Source of the DNA: Squalus acanthias
Taxonomy: Eukaryota
DNA: 64,000 bases
NCBI GenBank assembly: GCA_030390025.1
Contig: CM059438.1
Location: 63,366,001-63,430,000 of the forward strand
Reading direction: 5' to 3'
Shown piece by piece: positions 36,582 to 48,399 of this stretch. Each line of letters starts with the position of its first letter. Position 1 is the stretch's first letter. Under the pieces are notes generated by a model. It searched no databases. It was not told the DNA's origin and worked only from the letters and a program-made list of their open reading frames with translations. Made by a program: the position numbers and the translations under genes.

Positions 36582-37742
36582 ATGGGGGCTGCACTGATTG
36601 GGGGCGTCGTCCTGCTCCAGCTGAATCGGAGGACACAGAGATGCAGAGAGAGAGTGGCAATGATGGCCAGACGGAGGAGGGCCAACAGGCGTATGTACAG
36701 GAGAGCTTACCCTCCCAGGGTATATCATGAACAGCTCTCCTACCTTCATATGTCTGAGGAGCTGTGTTTGCGAAGGCTGCGATTTAGCAAGGAGGTGGTC
36801 ACTGAGCTCTGCCACCTGCTGTAGCCAGATCTGCAGCCTCAACTGAGGTCCAGGACGTCTCTGTCGGTGGCAGTGAAGGTCACAGTGGCTCTCAACTTCT
36901 ACGCTACTGGCTCATTTCAAGCTGCTGCTGGGGACCTCGCCAATATCTCCCAGTTCGCGGTGCATTGCTGCATCCGGCAGGTCACAAATGCCCTCTTTAA
37001 AAGGAGACGAGAGTTCATCTCATTTCCCATGACCCCAGACAAGCAGCGTGACCGCGCTCTGGGCTTTGCGAGGGTAGCGGGCTTCCCCATGGTGCAGGGC
37101 GCCATTGACTGCACGCATGTGGCTTTGCGTGCTCCGCATGAGAATGCCGAGGAATTCCGGAACAGAAAGGGGTTCCATTCCTTGAATGTTCAGTTGGTCT
37201 GTGACCACAGACAGCTGATACTCGCTGTCAATGCCCACTATCCTGGCAGCTGCCACGATGCTTTTATCCTGCGCCAGACTACTGTGGCAGAACTTTTTGA
37301 GGCACCGCATCAGCCAGTTGGTTGGCTTCTCGGGGACAAGGGGTATGCATTGAGCACCTGGCTGATGACACCGCTCCGTATGCCCAACACCCCTGCTGAG
37401 CTGCGGTACAATGAGAGCCATCAAGCTACCAGGAACATAATTGAGCGCACAATCGGCGTGCTGAAGCAACGGTTCCGCTGTCTCGACCATTCTGGAGGAG
37501 CCCTGCAGTACTCGCCTGAGCGAGTATCCAACTTCGTAGTTGTGTGCTGCATGCTGCATAACATGGCAATCCTCAGGACCCAGCCAATGCCACCAGGCCT
37601 TGGAGCACCACCAGAGGAGGAGGAGGAAGAGGAGGAAGAGGACGAGGAGGATGATCATCAGCAGCACCAAGGCGGGAGGGCGGCCCACAATGGTGAAACT
37701 GCAAGGGCCGTCCGTCAACGGCTAATAGCAAGCCGCTTCTAG
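36582..37742 (+). pseudogene. Harbinger DDE transposase (HARBI1-family) with a single nonsense codon
   Basis: [42 protein letters not shown] motifs; TAG at 36822-24 corresponds to CAG in copy 2 and the frame continues. Confidence 0.92.
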
Positions 37743-38054
37743 GGCCCCTGCTGTGGAAATGGCTTCTGCCATTGCTAACAACATCAATGAACCCAGCATG
37801 CAACCCCTAAGCTGGCCAAGGCACCAATAATTCCAACCACCAACCATGTATATTTTGAATACAGAAACTTATTTATTTTACAAACTCTGTGTGTGTCAAT
37901 TCCTCATGACAAACTCATAGAAATAAACACAAAAAAACAGTCAATAACATAACTGGTTCTCACAACCTGGAGATAATGTCCAAAACACTAAACAAAAGTT
38001 GGACCATGAACCTCGACCTTTAATAAAAAAATGACCAGCATTTTGTCACACCTC

Positions 38055-39865
38055 CTACTTTTTGCCCTTCGAGGGTGATCTCCTTCCCTTGCGCACTTCC
38101 CCCCTTCTAACCCTACTGCTCCTCCGTAATGGGACCTCAGTGGCTGCAGCAAGGCTGGTGGAAGGCTGCTGCTCGTCAGACCCTGACACTGCAGATGCCC
38201 CTGAAGGACGGCCTCGACCAGTTCTGGGCCTGGAGGGCCCGGCTGCAGACTGCACCAACTCTGCATGGGCGGCAGCAGTCTGTCCTACAGGCGGTGGCAA
38301 GTGCAGTGGAGAAGTGACAGTGTTGGCAGCAGGAATGCTGTCATCGTGAGAGAGGACAGCAACTCCCTGCTCGCCCGACACACTGGCACTCCCACGGGGC
38401 AGCACTTCAGCATCCGGAGCAATCTGCTGGAGAACAGATTGCTGGCCTGCTGCGGCGCGGTGACAGCCCCGGGGACATGTGAACGAACCATCGAGGTTGG
38501 CAGCAGTCTGTGCTCGCGTGGCCTCAATCTGAGTCTGCATGAGAGCAGTCAGAGATGGGATCACGGCAGCCAGTGACTGAATTGCAGCACTAAGCGTTAG
38601 TGTGGCATCCGCCTGTGCTACAGCGAAGTGCTCCACACTCTTTGCCAGTGACTCAATGCATTCGGGCACCCTTCCCACTGCACCCATGAGCTCAGTGTGC
38701 ATGCCCACCACCTGGGTGTTCATTTCTGCGATCAGCCGCTCCTCCTCTGCGTCCATTGCAGTAGGAGTCTCTGGCATACTCTCCCTCTGGGGAGAAGGCC
38801 CCCGTTCTTCCCTACCCCCATGGCGTTGCTGCAGCCCGCTGGGTCCTGGAGCTTCACCCTCATCAGACCCTTCCCCCCTGCTCCCCTCCAGGGAAGGCGT
38901 GTTCCCAGTGTGGGCATGGGCTTCCTCGGGAGAGGGTGGCACTGATGCTCCGGCTTCCTCTTCCTCCTCGGCTGCAGCTTCACTCCCAGTGGCAGCTTCA
39001 GGGCCCGTCTCCTCAGCTGGTGAATCACCATCTGAAAGCAGGGAGGTACAAGAGTGGCTTTAGCGTGAGGACAGGGTGGCAGTAAGGGAGGAATAAGTGC
39101 AGCGAGTTAGCAAGTTGGATTGAAAGTGTCAAAGGCTGGTGTTGTGAGGGACAAGTGGAAGGACAGAGGACAAAAAGGTGATGACCTTACCATTGCTGTC
39201 CAGAACGGGGTCGGCGTCTCCAGTGGCGACGGGACCGATCACCCGGCTTGCCACAATCCTGTGGACGCGCTCCTCAAGATCGCTGAGGGGTTGCAGCTGA
39301 GGCCGCCCTCCACCTGTCCGTTGCTGCTGTCTCCGATTATGCGCCAGCTTGGCCTGTAAGAAAAAGGACAGCATCTGAGTAAATATACAGCCATGGTCTT
39401 GCCTGATGTGCCTCCCATAGGTGAATAGCCCTTACTGTATGCAGCCATGGTCTTGCCTGATGTGCCTCCCATAGGTGAATAGCCCTTACTGTATGCAAGA
39501 ATGTGTGTGTGTTCATGAAAGGGCCATAGGTGTTGGATGAGTGTTGTGCATTGGGGTTTTAAGACCCTCTGGCCATAGAGTGAGGTTGAGATGGAGGGAT
39601 GGAGAGGTATTGAGAAAAAGCCACTCACCCTGACGACCCGAGTGAGGTCGTTGAACTTTTTGCGGCATTGAGTATGGGTCCTGGGCACCATGCTCCTGGA
39701 GGAGACGCTCTGAGCCACCTCCCTCCACACTCTTCTGAACTCGCGTGGCAAAGGCCTCCTGCCACTCTCAGGGAAGAGTATACATCTTCTGCGCTCCACC
39801 GCGCCAACCAGAGCATCCAAGGCCCGCTCAGTGAAGCGATGAGCTCGTTCTCTCACCCTCTCCAT
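38055..39865 (-). CDS. Harbinger Myb/SANT-like (trihelix) DNA-binding protein, 3 exons: 39865-39629, 39353-39191, 39031-38055; 458 aa
   Basis: RF...L..LV..V..R..W..VA..V..RT..QCRKKFNDL motif; GT-AG junctions with compatible phases (0, 1), conserved in copy 2; spliced frame open over 1377 nt. Confidence 0.85.
39388..39495. repeat. 54-bp perfect tandem duplication in Myb intron 1
   Basis: CAGCCATGGTCTTGCC...CTTACTGTATG occurs twice; single in copy 2. Confidence 0.9.
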
Positions 39866-41602
39866 CCTTGGCAGCAAAATGGATTCACAGGTCTCTCCAG
39901 GCCGAGATTCAAGGCTGCAATGAGCAGGGTGTGGCTGTGGAGCAAGTTGGCCCCCCCCGCTTTAAGAAGTGTCCGGCGCCAGTGTGTCTGTGTTCCCTCG
40001 CTAACTGGCAGCAGCTGCGCTGCGCTCGCGCGCTGAGTTAGCGCCTCACTGCTCGGCCTTTGCGCCTTAAGACAGGTGTGCAGTGCCTGATTTAGCGCTC
40101 CACTCACCTCCCGGGGCGGTAAAAGTGAAGTTTCCAGTCAGTGGCGATAATTAGCACCAGGCGCTAATATTTGCGTCCAGACGATATTTGCGCCCCAAAT
40201 GGGGCGCGACCTAATTTTTCCCCCTAAGTATATAATCCAGGCTGACACTCCAGTGCAGTACTGAGGGAGTGCCGGCCTTCAGAGTAGATGTTAAACTGAT
40301 GCCCCGTCTGCTCTCTCAGGTGGACGTAAAAGATCCCATGGCACTACTTTGAAGACGAGCAGGGGAGTTCTCCTGGTGTTCTGGGCAATATTTATCCCTC
40401 AACCAACACCACCAAAAACAGAGTATCTGGTCATTATCGCAATGCTGTTTGTGTGACTCTGCTGTGCGCAAATTGGCTGCTGCTTTTTCTACAACAGTGA
40501 CTACGCTTCAAAAGTAGTTCATTGGCCGTAAAACGCTTTGGGATGTCCTGAGCTTGTGGAAGGTGCTATAGAAATGCAAGTCTTTCTTTCACACCCTTTC
40601 CATGACACGGTTCCCAGCATAAGTTGTACCCAGGGCTATTGTAAATACAAAAACACTAATGGTTTATTCATCAAGTGATAATTTCATAGGAGTAGTGACA
40701 CAACAACAATACCGTACATGTACATTTTACAGTTGGAGGGATTTGAGGATAGGACAGTCAGTTGTAGGATTTGACCTACCACATTGTCCTTTTTTCGGAA
40801 TTAAATTTTCAAGAGTTTACATATAAACGCACTTTTATGTTTTGATTACATGTGGGGAGAATCCATTGAGTTTGTTGTCCATGTACTGTGCCTATTTAAG
40901 GCATGAAGCGAAACTTTTGGTCTTAATCTCTGGGTTTTCGTTGGGCCGAGGGGGAAAGGAGGTCCTTCTGTTTGTCTTCTCTTTGGGGTTGCGGTCTTAG
41001 CTTGACTTCAGGCAAAACACTGCTGTTGTCCTCTTTCCCCTTTCTGCCTTAGTGTGCGTTCTTCTCCAGTATTTGGAAGAGGTCCTTTATGTAGGGGAAC
41101 CAGGTGGAGGCTGAACGGAACCTTTCCGACTTATTCCCCAACCACATATTGGTGCAGTGCAGTCCTCCCCACACAGTGAGACTGGCAGTCAGAGTTGTGC
41201 TAAACTCCGTGCAACAGGCGATGGGAGGGGAGGGAAGCAGATCCGCTTGCTGGTGAGTGACCCAGCAGCCCTGGGGCTGGGTCTGGGATGGGAGAGGGGA
41301 AGGATTGCAGTACTATGGTCCCTGTGATCTTTACCCACCACCTGGATTAATTGGATCTGGGGACCTGATTACAACACGTAGGAGTGTGCCCTCTGGTTGC
41401 AGTTACTCAGTAGGGGAAGGTGGAATTCGTGGAACCTATACGGAGTTTGGTCTATGATCTTGAGTTGGCCCTCATGCATTTTGCTGAATGTGGTGGTGGT
41501 GAGATTCCATATGCTTCTGAACCATTGGTCTTCAAACTGGAGTCAACTGGGGGATTCCCGAGGGTACCTGAGCTGATCAGGTTTCTGTCTGTCTGGGGCC
41601 AG

Positions 41603-42092
41603 GAACATAAGAACATAAGAAGTAGGAGCAGAAGGAGGTCATTTGGCCCCTCGAGCCTGCTCCGCCATTCAATAAGATCATGACTGATCTGATCTTGGCC
41701 TCAACTCCACCTCCCTGCCCACTCCCCATAACCCTTGATTCCATTACCATTCAAAAATCTGTCTATCTCCACCTTAAATATATTCAATGACCCAGCCTCC
41801 ACAGCTCTCTGGGGAAGAGAATTCCAAGGATTCACGACCCTCTGAGAGAAGAAATTCCTCCTCATTTCCATTTTAAATGGGTACCCCCTTATTCTGAAAT
41901 TATGCCCCCTAGTTCTAGATTCCCCCACGAGGGGAAACATCCTCTCTGCATCTACCCTGTCAAGCCCCTTCAGAATCTTATAGGTTTCAATAAGATCCCC
42001 TCTCATTCTTCTAAACTCCAATGAGTATAGGCCCAACCTGCTCAACCTTTCTTCATAAGACAACCCCTTCATCTCCGGAATCAACCTCGTGA
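41603..42092 (-). mobile_element. CR1 3' fragment
   Basis: 127-aa ORF2 C-terminus plus (TTCTTATG) tail. Confidence 0.9.
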
Positions 42093-42864
42093 TGACAGTT
42101 CTGTATTCTGTATTTTTTTTTCCTGAATATGTTGACTTACTAGCTCATTATTCATTTGCTCCATACCAATAAATGTTCTCTGCGATGGTGGCACTTTTCA
42201 AAAAATCTTTGACTAGCAGACTGCCTTTTGAATATCAGGACAGGGGGTCCCGTGGACTGCATCAATATTTGCGGTGGGTCTCCCACACAGAAAACCCACT
42301 GTTCCAGACACTCCCTTTGTTTGGCGAATACTTCAGCTCAGCACAAATTGCCATGTTATTGCTTAACTGAAGGGTATCCCAGCAGTAAGAGTCACATGTG
42401 ATTGCAAATATTCAATATTTACTCAGTCGCAGGTCTAATAATCACATCGCCCTCTGTGCAAATCCATCACGGGGTAAGTGACTTTCTCCTTGATGGATTG
42501 CCTGCACATTCTGTCAGCCGTCATTATGTTGGAACAACCTGGAGCAACAAGCCAGTGGTTGCACGACCAGGATTATAAATGGGAGCCGGGGCTGAGCTGG
42601 TTTATAATGGCAGTAATGATCAGCGATGCAAAGTGCCTCACAATTAGATTAATGATGATGGAAATGACCAAGCGCTTTGGTTGTTGGCCATATTAACATT
42701 TTAACACATGGCCGGCGTCTAATGAAGATTTAAAAGAGCTATAGGGTGGCCACGGGCCTGCCGAGAGGGTGATGGTGAGATCATATTCATATAGGAGCAG
42801 TGAAACAGTGATTGTAATTCAGCCTTTTAATCCCAGTGTGACCAGGTTGTAATGGATTTCCTCA

Positions 42865-43783
42865 ACATAAGAACATAAGAAATAGGAGTCGGAGCAGGCC
42901 ATTCGGCCCCTCGAGCCTGCTCCGCCATTTAATGAGATCATGGCTGATCTGATCTTGGGCTCAACTCCACTTCCCTGCCCGCTCCCCATAACCCTTCACT
43001 CCCTTACCATTCAAAAATCTGTCTATCTCCACCTTAAATATATTCAATGACCCAGCCTCCACAGCTCTCTGGAGCAGAGAATTCCACAGATTTACGACTC
43101 TCTGAGAGAAGAAATTCCTCTTCATCTTCTCTGCATCTACCATGTCGAGCCCCCTCAGTATCTTATATGTTTCAATAAGATCACCTCTCATTCTTCTAAA
43201 CTCCAATGAGTATAAGTCCAACCTGCTCAATCTTTCTTCATAAGTCAACCCCTTCATCTCAGGAATCAACCTCGTGAACCTTCTCTGAACTGCCTCCAAT
43301 GCAAGTATATCCCTCCTTAAATAAGGAGACCAAAACTGGACGCAGTACTCCAGGTATGGTCTCACCAATACTCTGTACAGTTGTAGCAGGACTTCCCTGC
43401 TTTTATACTCCAGCCCCCTTGCAATAAAGGCCAACATTCCATTTGCCTTCCTGATTACTTGCTGTACCTGCATGCTAACTTTTTGTGTTTCATGCACAAG
43501 GACCCCCAGGTCCCTCTGTACTGCAGCATTTTGTAATCTCTCCCCATTTAAATAATAATTTGCTTTTTTATTTTTCTTACCAAAGTGGATAACCTCACAC
43601 TTTCCCACATTATACTCCATCTGCCAAATGTTTGCCCACTCACTTAGCCTATCTATATCCCTTTGCAGATTCTTTGTGTCCTCTTCACAACTTGCTTTCC
43701 CACCTATCTTTGTATCATCAGCAAATTTGGCTACATTACACACGGACCCTTCATCCAAGTCATTAATATAGATTGTAAATAGT
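42865..43783 (-). mobile_element. CR1 RT/3' fragment with in-frame internal deletion
   Basis: 265-aa ORF; DAEKM joined directly to KRNFF relative to other copies. Confidence 0.9.
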
Positions 43784-43859
43784 ATGATTTTTTCTTAATT
43801 TTGTTGATTATTGAGCAGATTAAGACGTCAAAACCCACCTCAATAATCTGCTGATTGCT

Positions 43860-44005
43860 TAGCTAGATAAGAACTCGAGGAGAAAGGAATAGAAGGATAT
43901 GCTGTTAGGGTGAGATGAAGTATGGGAGGAGGCTCATGTGGAGCATAAACACTGGCACAGGGCCGTTGGGCCGAATGGCCTGTTTCTGTAAATTCTATGT
44001 AATTT
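43860..44005 (+). mobile_element. CR1 3' UTR fragment
   Basis: Matches 7795-7940. Confidence 0.75.
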
Positions 44006-44089
44006 CCAAATCCTGAACCAAAGGCCCCTCCGAGGGTTCTGCCTTGAATTTAACTCGTTCAATCCTGTCTCATAGTATGGAGACACTTG

Positions 44090-44853
44090 GGGCTGGATTT
44101 TGAATGACCCATGGAGTCGGGTTTGGAGGCGTGTGGGGGGTTAAATTTGCGGGGTCGGGGTTTCCGACCCCATCCCGACTCCATCCCGCCTCCACGCAAT
44201 TTTGACATAATCAGTCGTGGGGTTCCCGACTCCGTCCCGCCTTCAAGAGACGGGAGAGGCCATTAAAGCCCTTAACAAGCTCTAAATTGGCTCTGTAATG
44301 CCATTTTGAAACGCTGTAGCTAGTTTAACCCTCTTCTGACGTGAAGCACGCCTGGTGTGAAACACTCCAGTGAAAGCTGGCGGGAGCACAAGTGGATAGC
44401 GGACTATCTGCTGCAGGTCCACTATTATAACGGAGATGTGTGATGAAGGTAGTAGTAGTGGTATTAGGTCTGAACGTCGCCTCTGATGCTGCTGCATTGA
44501 ATGTCTTCAAATTTCAGAGACTGCCTGGGAGGACTTGCTTGGCAAAAAAATTCTCTCTCTCTCTCTCTCTCTCTCCTCCCCCCCCTTTTTGCATCCAGGT
44601 CCACTCACATCAAAAGCCAGGCAAGTCCTCTCTCACCAACAGTCTCTGAGACTAGGCAGTCAGCAATGATGACATCATCAGAGGCGCCTTTCAGACTGAA
44701 AACACTAATTAGTTCATGGGTTCCCACATGCTCCAACTCAATTGCCCAATTAAGTGAAAATTGCATCAGGCATCCACATTAATCTGGAGTCGGGGGGGAA
44801 CACGAAATGCGGATTACACGACCCCAACCCGACCCCAAGACAAAATCCAGCCC
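44090..44853. mobile_element. Non-autonomous Harbinger-type element
   Basis: Perfect TIRs GGGCTGGATTTTG / CAAAATCCAGCCC with TTG/TTG TSD; repeated CCCGAC subterminal motifs. Confidence 0.9.
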
Positions 44854-45118
44854 TTGGTCTCTGTTGCCAATCATTCACTATAGTGACAACATTTTGATAA
44901 TTACTGACGCGTTCCTGACTTAAATGCAAAATTGTTTTGGGGAAATTCGCTCAGGGTGAGATATATCAGTCCTGATGAATTCAACGTTTTCCCATTTTTT
45001 TTCCCCCCACCTCGGGTTGGGCCAAGTATTCCCATAGTTTGGGTCAGTTGTAGAGCGAAGATGGCACTGCTCTGCAAACACAACCCCCCCACCCTCCAAA
45101 AGCGCCTCCTACTGCATC

Positions 45119-45505
45119 TAGGATTGCCAACTCTTGTTGATGATATTCCTGGAGGTTTCATCACACCCACGACCTCCTGCCTCTAACTGCCCTGCCCCCA
45201 TGCTTCTGTCATTGGTCACCCAAAACATCCATCCTCACCCCTCACCTCCTTCCCACACCAATAGAAAAGCGAAATGACTCTTCATTACCTGATTGGATGA
45301 TTCTTGACTGTCAATCAAGCAGCCGTTTTCCCATCTCCAATATTTTTATAACTAATAAACAGAAGTATTCAAAGACAATGAAAAAAACCACAATTATTTT
45401 AATGCCTCTATGATTTTTCTCCAAGATTGCTCGCAGTAATGTCCTGGAGATTAATCTTCAATTCCTGGAGACTCCAGGCCAATCCTGGAGGGTTGGCAAC
45501 CCCTA
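45119..45505. mobile_element. hAT-type MITE
   Basis: TIRs TAGGATTGCCAAC / GTTGGCAACCCCTA; 8-bp TSD ACTGCATC on both sides. Confidence 0.9.
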
Positions 45506-45667
45506 ACTGCATCTCTGATGTTTCCATTTTCCAGCCCAGCAAACTATGTGGCTCCCCTCAGTGAGCCCGCTAACTGTTTGTTTTAAACAGGTTAATGACG
45601 GTGTTTAAAACAGTGCAGAGCGGAATTCAAGGTGAATGTGATAACCCGTGTGATAAAAATAGTAGTC

Positions 45668-45802
45668 ATGATGCGGAGATGCCGGTGTTGGACTGGGGTG
45701 GACAAAATTGAGAGGTCGCACAACACCAGGTTATAGTCCAACAGTTTTATTTGAAATCACAAGCTTTCGGAGCTATCGATTGCTCCTTCCTCAGGTGAAG
45801 TG
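45668..45802 (-). mobile_element. Solo Penelope 3' terminal fragment (family A)
   Basis: Reverse complement of 32340-32470; AAAATAGTA on both flanks. Confidence 0.85.
45757..45798 (-). ncRNA. Minimal type I hammerhead ribozyme motif
   Basis: Minus strand: TCAC-CTGAGGA-A-GGAGC/aatcgata/GCTCC-GAAA-GCTT-GTGA. Confidence 0.7.
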
Positions 45803-45820
45803 AAAAATAGTACACAGAGG

Positions 45821-45972
45821 CATCGATCCCTCTAACGCCCGCGCAGCTCTCTGCCAGCCCCGCACAGCCCGGGACTGGCTTTTTCAATGTTAAATTTTGC
45901 GCTAAACTGTGAATGGGCCACGCAGCCCCTTAAAGGGGCCGGGCACCCCCAAAAAAATTAGGGGTAACATTG
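45821..45972. mobile_element. hAT-type MITE (152 bp)
   Basis: Imperfect TIRs CATCGATCCCTCTAA / TTAGGGGTAACATTG; 8-bp TSD CACAGAGG on both sides. Confidence 0.85.
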
Positions 45973-46594
45973 CACAGAGGGTTATTAAACTCACTACTTA
46001 GTCCTGAATTATTGGCAGTGCTGAAACTTAAAATCTCAAACTTTGTTTCACCAATCATCAGGTAGAGGAGACTTTCATCTCACCTGTCTGGGCTGGAGTC
46101 AAACCCAGATCCAAGAGATGAAAGAATAAGCTCCATGGCAACCGAATAGGCCCATGAGCCACAATACTGGTGAGCATTTTTTGCTCTGCAATTGAAAAAC
46201 CTCACCATAAAGGAGAAGATACGTTCACAGAGGGTACCTTTGACATTAGAGGGCATCCTCCACCTCTACAAAATTCGATTGTGAGGAAAAAAACATAAAA
46301 CAATCTCCTGCTTGTCAGCCGATGCCAGTTGTTTTTATTCTGTTCTTCCATCCAATGAAACCTCCCCTCTCTCTGCAAAGGGTTGATGCACTAGCCAAGC
46401 TCATCAGAAAGCAGTTCCACTCGGCATCCTACAGAATAGCCCGAGAGACCAGTTGGTGAGAATCAGGACAATTCGGCACGGATACCACCTTCTCACCTGC
46501 AGAGAGATAGAGGCATAAGATGGAAGGCCTGCATTCTGAGGGAAGCAGATTAAGATGACTATTGTATCCTAACAGAGGAGGGAAATCTATTATG

Positions 46595-46690
46595 GGGGTA
46601 ATTTTAACTTCAATGGAAAAGAAAATGGGGATGGGTGTAAAGTGGGCTGCCAATTCACTATTGCCTGGTGATAAAAGTTAAAATTACCCC
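46595..46690. mobile_element. Tiny Harbinger-type MITE (~96 bp)
   Basis: 16-bp perfect TIR GGGGTAATTTTAACTT / AAGTTAAAATTACCCC. Confidence 0.75.
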
Positions 46691-47154
46691 AATATTTCGT
46701 CCAATACCATGATTGGGGGAGGGGAGAAGGAGGAGCATTCTTTAATATTGAAAGTATTCTCCCCTCCCCCACACAAGCATAACCCTTTAGCAACAGAAGA
46801 CTTCAACTGATCTTACAATGTGTTTGTAAACGCTCTATTCATACAGAATCAATAACCCTAGTCACAGAACCTCTGCTGACTCTTGTAAGATGGTTTACAG
46901 TTACTGAGCTCTGTTTCGGTGTTATTGTCTGCTGTATCCAACTGAGCTAATCATTGCTTACAATTAGCATTGCATATCTAAGCCATGTGCCACCCTATTT
47001 CACTCATACTGGTGTTTAATCTGAGTTCTTTTTAGGTCAGCCAGGTGTCTAACGAACAATGGAAACCCATTTCATATTTGAGTCTCCAAGCTAGGCTGCT
47101 GAGAAACCCACATTCACACTTCCTGTTTGCCCAATGTGGAACCCGCACTCTGAA

Positions 47155-47617
47155 AGAAAAGAAAGACTTGCATTTATATAGCGCCTTTCACAACCTCAGG
47201 ATGTCCCAAAGCGCTTTACAGCCAATGAAGTACTTTTGAAGTGTAGTCGCTGTTGTAATGTCGGAAACGCGGCAGCCATTCAGCAAAGTCCCACAACCAG
47301 CAATGTGATAATAACAGATAATCTATTTTGTTAGTCATGTTGATTGAGGGATATATATTGGCCAGGGCACCCAGAGAACTCCCCTGCTCTTCTTCAGAAT
47401 AGTGGAATGGAATATTTTACATCCATCTGAGAGGGCAGACAGGACTTTGGTTTAACATCTCATCCAAAAGATAGCACCTCCAACAGTGCAGCATTCTTTC
47501 AGTATTGCACTGGTGTGTCAGCCTGGAATATGTGCTCAGATCTCTGGAGTGGGAATTGAACTCACAACCTTCTGACTCTGAGGCAAGAGTGCTACCTCTG
47601 AGCCACAGCTAACACCT
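47155..47617 (-). mobile_element. Full-length Deu-domain SINE
   Basis: Reverse complement of 11718-12182. Confidence 0.88.
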
Positions 47618-48399
47618 GTCCCAGCAGAAAAATCCCACTTATCTGAATCTGGAGAGCTCAGGCACAGGTTGACAGAGCCAAAACTTAGGGACCTCCAAGT
47701 GTGCAAATGTGTATTGCTGAAGTCTATGAGCACTGGGCACAGCTTCCCACCAGGACAACCCTAAATGTTGGGGCACTGGTTTACAGGGCTATCTGGAGGT
47801 GAATGGGAAGAATCCCAGCCTCTAGTGGTGGGTCCATCCCTCAAGGTTCCATGAGTGAGCGAGCCAGGCTGATCAATGATCAAGAGAACCTTGGAGTACT
47901 GCGGATCTGATTGACTCATGGATTGGATTTTGAAGTTTGCCACAGAGAATCGACTTGGTTATTATGTACTTTCATCACAAGCCTGTCAACTTGGAGCAGC
48001 ATTTGCCTCCCTCCCTCCCACACCAGGAAATAGTTACTGGTGGTTACTTCGATTAATGTTTATGAAGTGATTCCCTCAATTTTTTGAAACCCCTCTAAAA
48101 ATGGAATCATTGTACCATTGTCATGATTTGCATGAGTTTATAATCTGTTTACAAGTCATCTGGCATTGGGATTCACTGTGGGATAAACTCAACCCTCTCC
48201 TGAAGGAGGATTGGCTCTGTTAAATTTTGGAGTTCGGGGTTCGTTGAGTTTGATGCGTATCCAGAGGCCGCGTGTGCAGAGATAATGCACCAGTTTTCCT
48301 CAAATTTTCCTCAAACAGTTGGAATTTAAACTGGGCTGGATTCAGCGTCAGCTCTTCCAATGGCATGCTCGTGCAGCCCCTTTAATGTTGGTGGATTTT

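Larger units (their letters stand above)
36070..40224 (+). mobile_element. Full-length two-gene PIF/Harbinger DNA transposon (copy 1)
   Basis: TIRs GGGGTAAAAATT / AATTTTTCCCCC, TAA target-site duplication (36067-69, 40225-27), convergent transposase and Myb/SANT genes. Confidence 0.95.
35988..40590 (+). mobile_element. Deu-domain SINE split by a Harbinger transposon
   Basis: tRNA head at 35988-36069; the body resumes at 40225-40590. Confidence 0.85.

Noticed and set aside
37020..39063. Antisense ORFs over the Harbinger genes
   Set aside because: Shadow frames of GC-rich coding sequence, not conserved as open frames in copy 2.
36582..39865. Domesticated host genes HARBI1 or NAIF1/MSANTD
   Set aside because: Flanked by TIRs and TSD, inserted in a SINE, with a second copy nearby: a transposon.
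40920..41600. Possible decayed zinc-knuckle ORF on the minus strand (..LCGEDC..)
   Set aside because: Motif incomplete and interrupted by stops; cannot be supported by eye.
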